Shown piece after piece: positions 19,149-28,289 of a DNA stretch of 32,000 bases (within the stretch, counting starts at the first letter, position 1; each line of letters starts with the position of its first letter). The DNA lies in the NCBI GenBank assembly GCA_000331305.1, contig KB217483.1, forward strand, positions 1,071,937-1,103,936, written 5' to 3'. The notes under the pieces were generated by a model. It worked only from the letters and a program-made list of their open reading frames with translations, was not told the DNA's origin and did not search any database. The position numbers and the translations under genes are program-made. Source of the stretch: Calothrix sp. PCC 7103. Lineage in GTDB: Bacteria; Cyanobacteriota; Cyanobacteriia; Cyanobacteriales; Nostocaceae.

Positions 19149-19667
19149 AATACACAACAGCTGAAAGCTATGTATTGTAGGTATTTCTACGTCATTAATA
19201 CTTTATACAACAAGTAGCAAGTTTTGGTTCTAATAAGCTGCTACCTCAAAAACTGCCCAGAATCTATTCGTCATGAGAAAGTTTACTTGTATGAACTTAT
19301 CTTTAAACAACGATATAAATTGTTGTTGTTGTTTTTGTTATTTAATATATTTTTGTTGTATTACATAACGATGAACCAATGTGGGAACTGTTGTATGTTA
19401 GTTTGCATAAAGTAGTATTTTGACTATATATTTATAAGAGTCGCAGCCCCCTTAACTCGTCTATACAATGCTGACAAAGCAGCACAAAAGTAAATTTATA
19501 TACTAAGCCAAAAAATAAAAATTCGATTTTTTCTCAATATAAATACTTAAATTGGATGTTTTTAGTTACTAAAATTACAGATTAATGTCTGTAGTAAATT
19601 TTAGAGCGGCGCCAAAACTCTTATCCACCCTTTGAATTTACACGCCCTGCGCGCAAGCTGATATATA

Positions 19668-19773
19668 TATAGCAGTCCTAAATCATTTGTGAAACCCGTG
19701 CATTGTAGAGACGCGACATGTCGCGTCTCTACATTATTTGGGCATTTTTTACAATTCATCTAGGACTGCTATA
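19668..19773. mobile_element. 106-bp MITE-like palindromic element
   Basis: TIRs TATAGCAGTCCTA / TAGGACTGCTATA, with internal perfect 28-nt palindrome GTAGAGACGCGACATGTCGCGTCTCTAC (19705-19732). Confidence 0.75.
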
Positions 19774-19822
19774 CCAGCTTGCCTCGCAAGGCGCCTGTCA
19801 ATTCAAGAACAAAGAAGTGAAA

Positions 19823-20992
19823 TTAGAAATTAGGCACCCGGATTTCTCGACTTTGCCCTGCGTAGTGTCGATAGATAATTTCTGGTGAATTACCTACCAG
19901 TTTCGCTACGTCCTTAACATCCATCCCATTTCTAAGCGCCATCGTGATAAATGTGTGCCTGGTTTGGTAAAGTTTCTTGTACTCAATACCATCTAGCTCT
20001 CCAATAACTGCTTTCCAACCTCTTGTATTCAGGTTGCGTGTATCTATCCAAGTTCCTTCGCGTGAAGGAAATACTTTTGTATCACTACAGGCGCCGCTTG
20101 GTTTAATCGACTTCAACAACGCACCCAACCGCTCATTGACAGGAAAAGCCCGTTTTTTCTGAGTTTTCAAACCTTTCTTACAAACTAGTCCAGACTCAGA
20201 AATTACCACAGCTTGCTCAAACCTCAGAAAACGAAAGTCATTGCTTATATGCTTCCACTGCAAAGCAACAGCTTCGGATGGTCTGCAACCTGTGATAAAT
20301 AAGAACTCAATAAAGGGAGCATAGTATTTGTAACGCGCGCTGTTTTGGAATCCTGTAATAATGCGGTCGCGTTCTTCAATGCTAAAGGGGTTAATATCGT
20401 TATCTTCCCTACTACCCTTTGGCAATTTGATGTCGCTAGCCATATTCTCAAAGGGATTTTCCTTGATTAACTCAGATTTAACAGCCCAGTCACAGCAAGC
20501 AGATAATTGCGTCAGCATTCGTTTCGATGCATCTGGACTTCTGTTTGCGTTTAACCAATTGCGAATTACTACTGCTTTGTCTAATGTATTGACTGGAAGA
20601 TGCACGCTAACACAGCGCGCGACTTTTTTATAATCTTTAGCTAAAGTACTTGGGGATAAACCTGGGCGCCTAAACTCAGTGTAACTTTCCCATAAATCAA
20701 CCAGCGATGGCGCCACTTCCTCCATAACTGGTGTAATTTTTGGTGTAACCTTTTCCACTAAAGGTTCTGGCTTATACTTCGCCAAAGTCGGGTCAAAATT
20801 GCCAGATAAAATATCTAGCTCAATTAGTTGACCCTTTGCCATCGCGACTTTGCGGTTGGCAACGGTATCTATAAACCCAGTAGAGAGATAGTACCGTTTG
20901 CCGCCAACACGAAATACAAGTTGCAGCCAGTCGTGCGAGTTTTTAATTTGGACGGTTCCTTTGGACGATTTAGATTCTTTGGGTTGAGACAT
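19823..20992 (-). CDS. Tyrosine site-specific integrase (phage/genomic-island type)
   Basis: C-terminal LFITGCRPSEAVALQWKHI...YQTRHTFITMALRNGMDVKDVAKLVGNSPEIIYRHYAG. Confidence 0.93.
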   Translation of the reverse strand: MSQPKESKSSKGTVQIKNSHDWLQLVFRVGGKRYYLSTGFIDTVANRKVAMAKGQLIELDILSGNFDPTLAKYKPEPLVEKVTPKITPVMEEVAPSLVDLWESYTEFRRPGLSPSTLAKDYKKVARCVSVHLPVNTLDKAVVIRNWLNANRSPDASKRMLTQLSACCDWAVKSELIKENPFENMASDIKLPKGSREDNDINPFSIEERDRIITGFQNSARYKYYAPFIEFLFITGCRPSEAVALQWKHISNDFRFLRFEQAVVISESGLVCKKGLKTQKKRAFPVNERLGALLKSIKPSGACSDTKVFPSREGTWIDTRNLNTRGWKAVIGELDGIEYKKLYQTRHTFITMALRNGMDVKDVAKLVGNSPEIIYRHYAGQSREIRVPNF

Positions 20993-21195
20993 AATCGTAA
21001 AGTCCTATGGTTAGGTTAATCAGGGCGCCTTGATTTACCCCCAATTTACCCCCAAAATTAGTCTAACTACGTCCAAAAACGGCCAACGTGGAATCAAATT
21101 ACACCAAACTTGCACCATTGAGAACGGCTGAAATGGACTTTTTTGGACACTAAAAAACCCCGGAAACTCTTGCTTCACGGGGCTTTCGACGTTTA

Positions 21196-21234
21196 TGCCA
21201 GGAACGAGACTTGAACTCGTGACACGAGGATTTT
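21196..21234 (-). other. tRNA 3'-half remnant, candidate integrase attachment site
   Basis: Reverse complement AAAATCCTCGTGTCACGAGTTCAAGTCTCGTTCCTGGCA contains a perfect 5-bp T-stem (ACGAG-TTCAAGT-CTCGT) and acceptor 3' strand; no D-arm or 5' acceptor found upstream. Confidence 0.65.
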
Positions 21235-21941
21235 CAGTGTTCCTGTAACATCGATTTCTCAGTACTTTTAGGCTTCTTGTAAACCAATTACCCCAATACT
21301 ACCCCAATTCCTTCAATTCTGCAACTAGTCCTCCAATTACTCCTCTGCTCACCTTTTATTTTGGAAAATTTGTATTACATCAATGTCTGCAATATTCGTT
21401 ACTGGCATTAAAGCTCAATTTATACCTTTTTAGCTTAAAAGTATTGGCATAAGAGCTTAAATTCATAAAATCTGAGTTATTAAACTAGTAGTATTAACAA
21501 CGTAATTATCTAAAATAAGCTATTTATACTTATATAATACAATATGTAGCATTAGTCCTCTGCTCACCTCCATTAGTCCTCTGCTCATCACCAAGAAACA
21601 CTCAGGTCTTGTTCAAACGAATGTTTATAGCAATCAATCGAATTTAGTATTTTTTATTTCTGTTAATAACGTAAATATACTTAGATACAAATAAATGCTT
21701 ATTTTAAGCTATTGCATGAAACACAGGCACCATTTCTAATTCAACATCATCAGCATGATTTACGTACAATAATTCATCATACCTTTAAAAAAGGCGCCTT
21801 TCCCTAATAAATTGTAACAATAAAAACATGGCTTAATTATCTTCAAGATTTATTAATTAAGCCTTTTATTTCTATTAGCTTTATCAGATAATAAAGGTTG
21901 GGTGATAAAAGAAACCCAGGCTGTGTATCTGTCTAAATTCA

Positions 21942-22850
21942 ATGACGAAAAACCCTTTTGACCAGTTTTCAAAGCAATTCTTCAAAGAATGTCTATCACC
22001 ATTAGGTGAAGTAAAAATCAGCGAGGAAATACCCGGAGAGCCAAGATTTGTTGATATTTGGTTTATCCCATCAACTCAACCACCTGTGGAGGATTTACCA
22101 GATTTGGGTATTTTAACAAGGATTGCTGAAACTCCCTGTTTATTGGAACCGTTTCGTAAGCAACCAACAGAATGGGAAATTCGCAGTTGCTTGGGAAAAT
22201 TAGTTCACTTAGAAGCAGAACTGCGACGCGAAGCAAGACGAGATGAGGATACAGTATCTGAGGATGAACTGCCACGGTTATGGATTATTTCAACAACTTT
22301 TTCTGATGAACTGCTGAGTAAACTGCCTGCTCATAGAGACTCTTCTTGGCCAGAAGGTATTTATTTTGCAGGAGAAGTATTTTTAACTCGAGTTGTTGCT
22401 ATTGACAAATTACAGCGTATTCCCGAAACACTTTGGTTAAGAATTTTGGGTAAAGGCTTGACTCAGAAACAAGCTGTTGATGACGTGGTAGCTTTGCCGA
22501 GAGGTAATCCCAAACGTTCCAAGATTTTATCGCTACTTTACACTTGGAAGATTAACATGGAAATAAGCACAGAGATTAATATTGAAGATAAAGAAGAGTT
22601 ACTTATGAACTTATCACAAGCTTATTTGGAGTGGGAGCAAGAAACTGTAGAGCGCGGTAAGGAGATTGGCAAGGAGCAAGAGCGACGACAAGTTGTAGAA
22701 AACTTGCTCTTGTTTCGCTTTAGTTCGTTAGACCCCGAGCTTCAAGCAATTATTCCATCCATCCTAGCACTGTCTCCAACAGAATTTACTTCTATGTTAA
22801 TGCAATTGTCTCGTGAGGAATTAATTACCAGATTCAATACGCAAAATTAA
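21942..22850 (+). CDS. Cyanobacterial protein with DUF4351-like C-terminus
   Basis: RRQVVENLLLFRFSSLDPELQAIIPSILALSPTEFTSMLMQLSREELITRF plus conserved N-terminal region. Confidence 0.7.
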   Translation: MTKNPFDQFSKQFFKECLSPLGEVKISEEIPGEPRFVDIWFIPSTQPPVEDLPDLGILTRIAETPCLLEPFRKQPTEWEIRSCLGKLVHLEAELRREARRDEDTVSEDELPRLWIISTTFSDELLSKLPAHRDSSWPEGIYFAGEVFLTRVVAIDKLQRIPETLWLRILGKGLTQKQAVDDVVALPRGNPKRSKILSLLYTWKINMEISTEINIEDKEELLMNLSQAYLEWEQETVERGKEIGKEQERRQVVENLLLFRFSSLDPELQAIIPSILALSPTEFTSMLMQLSREELITRFNTQN

Positions 22851-22984
22851 AAAACGCTATTTTTTGTGTTTAGGGTAAGTAAAAATACTCTTACCCTTAT
22901 TTTTTATAATTTTTCATTACACCTGAAAAATGAATATAGGAATAAGCACAGAGAATAATAATTAAGAAAAAGAAGAGTAAATAA

Positions 22985-23217
22985 ATGAATTTATCGCAAG
23001 CTTATTTGGAGTGGGAGCAAGAAACCGTAGAGCGCGGTAGGGAGCATTCTTCGGCACCAAGTTGTAGAAAACTTGCTTGCCTGTCGCTTTGGTTCGCTAG
23101 ACTCAGAACTTCAAGCAATTATTCCATCCATCTTAGCGCTGTCTCCATCAGAATTTACTCCTATGTTAATGCAATTGTCTCGTGAGGAATTAATTACCAG
23201 ATTAGCTACGCAAAATT
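22985..23217 (+). pseudogene. Partial tandem duplicate of the 3' end of the preceding gene, with internal deletion and frameshift
   Basis: MNLSQAYLEWEQETVERG repeated; downstream nucleotides encode the same LQAIIPSILALSPSEFTPMLMQLSREELITRLATQN in another frame. Confidence 0.85.
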
Positions 23218-23244
23218 AAAAAATACTATTTTTTGTAATAAAAA

Positions 23245-23348
23245 GGCGCCACTCACTTCGTTCAAATTGTTAAGGTCGATGGGGAGTATTATCTCCCCAT
23301 CGACCCTAACAATTAATAATTTTAAATTTGAGCGTAGCGAGTGGCGCC
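23245..23348. repeat. Long imperfect hairpin with GGCGCCACTC ends
   Basis: Outer GGCGCCACTC / GAGTGGCGCC; inner perfect GGTCGATGGGGAG-TATTAT-CTCCCCATCGACC (23274-23305). Confidence 0.8.
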
Positions 23349-23401
23349 GTCGTTATCAGGGTGCATCTACCATGACTGCCTGACAGAAGTGTGTTAAACC
23401 C

Positions 23402-23953
23402 AAGGACAATGCTGAAAAGTTACTAGATAAGATTGCTGAATTTCTAGCTCAAAGGGGATTGAATGTTAAAGCCTCTAAAACTAAGTTAGTTTCCTCGACA
23501 GACGGTTTTGATTTCCTAGGTTGGCATTTTAAAGTGCAACGAAACGGAAAGTTTAGAAGTACTCCCTCAGAGGAAAATTTTAAAACATTCCGTAAGAAAG
23601 TAAAAACTATTGTTAACTGTTCTAACTATGGTGCTGAGACTAAAACTGAAAAGCTGGCTCCGATTGTACGAGGATGGAGAAACTATCATAAATACTGCAA
23701 AATGGATGGCTCACGGTATTCCTTATGGTTCTTAACCCACAGGACTTTTAAAGTCTTTCTTAAAGAAGGAAACATGAACCGATATCAAGCAGAACAGCTA
23801 GTAAAAAATGCTTTCCCGGCAATACCATATTCCGAAAATGCATTTATCAAAGTTAAAGGAGATATATCTCCCTTTGGCGGCGATGTAATTTATGCGCGAC
23901 GTGAAAGTCGTATGAGTAGGGAAACCTACGAACTGAATTGGTCAGCCGTCTGA
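23402..23953 (+). pseudogene. Group II intron-encoded protein fragment (end of RT/maturase domain)
   Basis: KDNAEKLLDKIAEFLAQRGLNVKASKTKLVSSTDGFDFLGWHFKVQRNGKFRSTPSEENFKTFRKKVKTIV...LAPIVRGWRNYHKYCKMDGSRYSLWFLTHRTF; RT catalytic motifs missing. Confidence 0.9.
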
Positions 23954-23959
23954 CCTCAG

Positions 23960-24190
23960 AGAGCAGAAATCTGATTCCCACGTAAACAGGTCACTGACCT
24001 GGGGGCGCATCAAGGCTGGTAACGGTACTGATGAAGTGCAAGCCCACGAAAGCCACATGGTATAAATAATACTACGTCCGAAGTCACGGCGACCAAATGA
24101 TGGCAAGGGAAAGGTGTGTAGGGTGAAGGTAACTGAACCATTGTAAGCTTCGTCATAGTCGCATATGGGTGAAACCCACAGCCGAATGGC
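23960..24190 (+). ncRNA. Group II intron ribozyme-core fragment (domain I-like), truncated by insertion
   Basis: CAGGTCACTGACCTGGGGGCGCATCAAGGCTGGTAACGGTACTGATGAAGTGCAAGCCCACGAAAGCC...GTCCGAAGTCACGGCGACC resembles cyanobacterial group II intron RNA. Confidence 0.5.
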
Positions 24191-24233
24191 ACTAAGAAAA
24201 GGCAGAGGGCAGATGGCAGAGGGCAGAAGGAGG
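24184..24233. repeat. Left arm of a perfect 50-bp inverted repeat with GGCAGAGGGCAG repeats
   Basis: Exact reverse complement of 25099-25148. Confidence 0.95.
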
Positions 24234-24401
24234 GAGAAGTAACAAGGTAAAAGTGCTATCTATCTGAAGTTTTCATCGTCTCACTTAGACATACGATAAC
24301 GCTGGGCAGTTAAAAAAGTAACGATTTGAAAATTTAGCTATGGTATAAAAAGCCTTGCGTGTTAAATCAAATTAGATCAGAACACAGCAAGGCTAAATAA
24401 A

Positions 24402-24977
24402 ATGACTACTTCTACTGTGCCAAATCGTGTTGAAATACTCAAGCAAAAATTTAGGCAAAGTTTGGGTCTACCTTTCCAAGACATATTACCAGAGTCCACA
24501 ATTCAACAATCAATTGATGAATTATCAATCAAATATAAACGACGTTTATTTGACCCATTTGTGACACTATGGACATTTTTATTCTCCTTCGGAGACACTT
24601 CGTGAACACAGGTATTAGATGCTGATAAAAGTTGTCACAATGCAGTTTCAAGAGTAATCGCTTGGTTGTCGGGAGAAAATGTAGAGATACCTTCACCAGA
24701 TACAAGTGCGTATTGCCAAGCACGAAAAAGATTACCAGAAGAATTAGTGAAAAATCTGTTTTATAAAAGTGGAGAAAACTTTTCAGAAAAAATCGAAGCA
24801 TTATTTTTATGGTGTGGTCGCCATGTTAAAGTTATAGACTGTTCAACAGTATCAATGCCAGATACAAAAGAATTGCAACAAGCTTATCCTCAATCAACAA
24901 GCCAACTTGAAGGTTGTGGTTTTCCAATAGCCAAAATTTGTGTTATTTTTAGCCTCATAACTGGTGCTGCAAGCTGA
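24402..24977 (+). pseudogene. IS4-family transposase, 5' portion only, in-frame TGA at 24603
   Basis: LPFQDILPESTIQQSIDELSIKYKRRLFDPFVTLWTFL...*TQVLDADKSCHNAVSRVIAWLSGENVEIPSPDTSAYCQARKRLPEELVKNLF...VKVIDCSTVSMPDTKELQQAYPQ, same frame on both sides of the stop. Confidence 0.85.
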
Positions 24978-25062
24978 AAACCAACTATTTGCCTCTCCTC
25001 TTAAAGAAGTTGAAGAAATGCAAAGAATTATGGTTGCTAGCATTAACAAACTTAAAACCTAA
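24976..25062 (+). pseudogene. C-terminal tail of an S23/four-helix-bundle gene
   Basis: ENQLFASPLKEVEEMQRIMVASINKLKT*, similar to NEVEEMQSILVATLNKL in the intact gene at 5549-5914. Confidence 0.7.
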
Positions 25063-25098
25063 AACTTAAAACCTAAAACTTAAAACTTTTTACTTTCT

Positions 25099-25148
25099 CC
25101 TCCTTCTGCCCTCTGCCATCTGCCCTCTGCCTTTTCTTAGTGCCATTC
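25099..25148. repeat. Right arm of the perfect 50-bp inverted repeat
   Basis: Exact reverse complement of 24184-24233. Confidence 0.95.
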
Positions 25149-25329
25149 AACCCACAGCCTGTGGGATATGACTTGACAACACCCATTACCAAAAGGTAGG
25201 AGGACGGGTTTTAACATGTATATATTAAAACCAACTGCCAAAGTTTCTCCCGGAGTAAAGATGGCACCCGTAACATCGCAAGTTCAGCATACGGAACACG
25301 GTAAGCCCCAATTAGTCTAAGTAATACTT

Positions 25330-25508
25330 TGCCCAATATGTGGCGAACACATCTACTGCTCTGAACCACTACAACTGCACCACATTATTCCAGTTAATAA
25401 AGGTGGCACAGAGAAATTGGAAAATTTGACCTGGATGCACGAAGCCTGTCACAAAATAACACATACCAAGAAGTCCAAAAAGTCAGAATCCTCGCCAACA
25501 ATCGATGA
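25330..25508 (+). pseudogene. HNH endonuclease domain remnant of a group II intron-encoded protein
   Basis: CPICGEHIYCSEPLQLHHIIPVNKGGTEKLENLTWMHEACHK; end approximate by a few nt. Confidence 0.75.
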
Positions 25509-25529
25509 TTGGGTAGTTACTGAGGCTTG

Positions 25530-25561
25530 AGCCGGATGACGCGAAAGTATCAAGTCCGGTT
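25530..25561 (+). ncRNA. Group II intron domain V, intact
   Basis: AGCCGGA TGACGC GAAA GTATCA AG TCCGGTT: 32-nt canonical DV with catalytic AGC and GAAA tetraloop. Confidence 0.9.
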
Positions 25562-25580
25562 CTTAGGGGAGGTGTAAAAC

Positions 25581-25868
25581 TTGACAAAAATAATCCGTAA
25601 GGATGACGATAGTCTCGCTGATGGCAACATCAGCGCCTTACCCGACTGGTCACAAAGAGAATCTAAACTCTATGATGGGATAACAGCCAGAAAGTTGAAA
25701 AAACAGAAACATGCTTGTGGATATTGTGGCATGAGATTTATGCCCGGTGAAGATATAAACCTACACCATATAGATGGAAACCACAGTAATTGGAAGGATA
25801 AGAACCTGGTAGTCGTACACCAATCTTGCCACCAACATTTCCACATGACGCATAGCCGAAAGACTTAG
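25581..25868 (+). pseudogene. C-terminal end of a second group II intron-encoded protein, HNH domain
   Basis: ESKLYDGITARKLKKQKHACGYCGMRFMPGEDINLHHIDGNHSNWKDKNLVVVHQSCHQHFH; RT part missing. Confidence 0.85.
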
Positions 25869-25897
25869 ATTATCAGGAGCGTAGTGCTGGGAAACCG

Positions 25898-27202
25898 TGC
25901 GCCGTGGTACGCACTGATTGAATCGCCAACACAGTTGGCTGGAGTTCGGGGTACGAGACTCCAAGGCGAACAACTTACCTAGACCCGAAAGGGCGAGGGG
26001 ACAAGAGCATGTTCGTAAAGCGGAGAATAACAGAAAACGTGTATGTTATAGCTCTGCAACGCCTGAATGATATGGTTAAAGCGCTTACTGCCTGAACCCT
26101 AATATCCAGTGGTGGAACTGGCACATCCTTCGGTATCACGTTTGTACACCGATGTCCTCGGTAGCCATTAAATCAAGTTTCGTTAATGGTACACCCTGAC
26201 CGAGGAACGATGAGTAATGAACTCATTCAAGGATATGAGTAGGGAACCTAAGTCATTCTTTATACGTTCATCAGCGACGGAACATGGGATTGCCTAACGG
26301 ACGAGAGTCCTATGGTAACGGAGTTCTAATAGTAGTCGTGGGAGTAACGCCCCACCAGGGCAGACGGGAGAGCCGTCTACAGGGCGAAGTAGAACAGGTG
26401 AATTGATGTTTCTGTAAGGTACGCGAGATGCGAATAGCCAATAACAAAAGTAAGCATCAATACACTGGAGAGCGGAGTGACACGGAAACGGTGCGCCGTG
26501 GTACGCACAAAGAGAATCGCCAACTCAGTTGGCTAGAGTTCAAGGCAAATGACTCTAAGGCGAACAACTTACCTCGACTCGAAAGGGAAAGGGAACAAGA
26601 GCATGTTCGTAAAGCGGTAAGTAACAGAAGACGTGTATGTTACTGTCCCGCAATGCCTGAGCAATATGGTTAAAACTAAACTGTTTGAATCCTAATGTCC
26701 AGCGGTGGTTGTCACACCATTCGGTAGCACGTCTGTACACCGATTTTGCCAAGATATACGAGTACCGTTTCTCTCGTAAGTACGCCTTGCTTGGCAAGCA
26801 ATGAGCAGTGAACTCATTTAAGGACATAAGTGGGAAACCTAAGTTGCTCTATAACGTTCTCTAGCGACGGAACACGGGATTGCCTAAAGGACGAGAGTCC
26901 CAAGGTAACGGAGTCCTCATAGTAGTTCGAGGTGGGGAAAGCTCACTACATGGCGAAGGGGGACAGGTTGGTAACATTTTAAAGCGACAGGGTGCGAGAT
27001 GCACAAATCCTAAACCGAGTGAATGTTACTAACTGGAAAGCTGACTGAGATTGAAAAACTCACGGTCAGTTTGGAGGGGGGCTGTTGGAAAAGTGCCAAT
27101 AAAATGGTAACTCGCTGGCTGCCTACCCTACGTCATGCTCCGTTCGGAGGGGGGTGGTTGGAAAAGTGCCAGCAATGGTAACTCGCTGGCTACCTACCCT
27201 AC
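25898..27202 (+). mobile_element. Group II intron A, ORF-less (about 664 nt net), interrupted by intron B
   Basis: 5' end GTGCGCCGTGGTACGCAC, 3' end CTACCTACCCTAC; its own DV (26471-26490 + 27132-27144) is split by intron B. Confidence 0.85.
26491..27131 (+). mobile_element. Group II intron B, ORF-less (about 641 nt), innermost
   Basis: 5' GTGCGCCGTGGTACGCAC, intact DV at 27039-27071 (AGCTGACTGAG...GAAAAACTCACGGTCAGTT), DVI and 3' end GCCTACCCTAC parallel to intron A. Confidence 0.85.
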
Positions 27203-27716
27203 TGCACGCTACGTTCCCAAGGAGAGGTGCCCCGGATAATACCGGGCATCGACTCCATCAAGAGCCTAAAAAATCAAACATTTCACAGCTTCAAGCTGCG
27301 TAGTTTTTCTGTAAATATACTTGTTTTACTCAGTTAATCTCATAACTGGGATAAAAAACTGCGTCCTTTTTAGTTCACAAACATTGTTCGCAAACAAACA
27401 TTTTTTGTCCAAAGTCCAAATTATTTAATTTACAGTAATTATATTTCAAGTACGGTAAACCGAACATCTTTTTATTTCTGAAGTGGCACCTGTTTTCACT
27501 TGACGAACACAATCACAAGGAAGACGGTAATTGAAAACATAAGTTAAAATTGCTACATATATTATGTATTCCAGTATTTACAAGAGCTTGGAGCAGCTAA
27601 ATTACATACAAAGCGCTGTGTTTCTGTGTATCATTGGTAATTGGCTATTTCAATATATAAAGCGTTATTCTCATCTGTCGAATGGCGCCTGTCGGAAAAT
27701 ACTGAATCGTTTTATA

Positions 27717-28289
27717 ATGGAGAATACTTATATGATTTTTTCTAAAGAAACTACTTTAATTATTGTTGATGTTCAAAAAGGGTTTGATGACCCAAAATGG
27801 GGAAAACGCAATAATCTAGAAGCAGAGGATAATATTGCCAAAATCCTTAGTGCTTGGCGCCAAACTCAACGTCTTGTTTTTCACATTCAGCATCTTTCGC
27901 GCGAACTAAATTCTCCATTAAGACCAGATGTTGTTGGTTGCGAGTTTAAAGAAATTGTAAAACCTTTGCCTCATGAGTTAGTAGTCCAAAAACAAGTCAA
28001 TAGTGGCTTTATTGGTACTAATCTAGAAGCAACGCTCCGAGAGCAAGGATGTACAACTTTAGTGATTGTTGGTTTGACTACTAATCACTGTGTTTCCACT
28101 ACAGCGAGAATGGCGGGTAACTTAGGCTTTGAAACTTACGTAATTTCTGATGCTACAGCTACCTTTGAGCGTACTGGTCATGATGGAAAACACTATCAAG
28201 CAGAAGAAATTCATGCTATTTCTCTGGCTAATTTACATCAAGAGTTTGCTACGATTATTGATACTGCAAGCTTGTTAAGCCAGCTTTGA
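27717..28289 (+). CDS. Isochorismatase-like cysteine hydrolase
   Basis: TTLIIVDVQKGFDDP...VVQKQVNSGFIGTNLEATLREQGCTTLVIVGLTTNHCVSTTARMAGNLGFETYVISDATATF; ATG at 27717 preferred over track start 27564. Confidence 0.9.
   Translation: MENTYMIFSKETTLIIVDVQKGFDDPKWGKRNNLEAEDNIAKILSAWRQTQRLVFHIQHLSRELNSPLRPDVVGCEFKEIVKPLPHELVVQKQVNSGFIGTNLEATLREQGCTTLVIVGLTTNHCVSTTARMAGNLGFETYVISDATATFERTGHDGKHYQAEEIHAISLANLHQEFATIIDTASLLSQL

Larger units (their letters stand above)
25879..27215 (+). ncRNA. Domain V of the outermost nested group II intron, split by intron A (halves 25879-25897 and 27203-27215)
   Basis: Joined sequence AGCGTAG TGCTGG GAAA CC|TGCA CG CTACGTT folds as a canonical 32-nt DV. Confidence 0.85.

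Noticed and set aside
19037-19368. CRISPR array
   Set aside because: Repeats are few, unevenly spaced and partly inverted; no regular repeat-spacer pattern and no cas genes in the window.
19224-19415. 63-aa ORF after the DnaB gene
   Set aside because: Low-complexity Leu/Phe-rich translation overlapping the repeat-rich element end.
21196-21240. Complete tRNA gene
   Set aside because: No matching 5' acceptor strand, D-arm or full anticodon arm in the upstream 150 nt on the minus strand.
23402-25062. Diversity-generating retroelement (RT plus Avd-like four-helix protein)
   Set aside because: The RT fragment is group II maturase-type with FLGWHF and domain X, the Avd-like piece is a separate truncated tail, and no template/variable repeat pair was seen.
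26428-26827. ORFs of 81 and 90 aa within the intron region
   Set aside because: They overlap conserved group II intron RNA structure present in both sister copies; coding is unlikely.
27073-27202. Simple tandem duplication
   Set aside because: Better explained by nested introns because the spacer between copies completes a split domain V.
27564-27716. N-terminal extension of the isochorismatase-like ORF as given by the ORF track
   Set aside because: The first ~50 residues do not resemble the family; ATG at 27717 or 27732 directly precedes the conserved FSKETTLIIVDVQKGF region.
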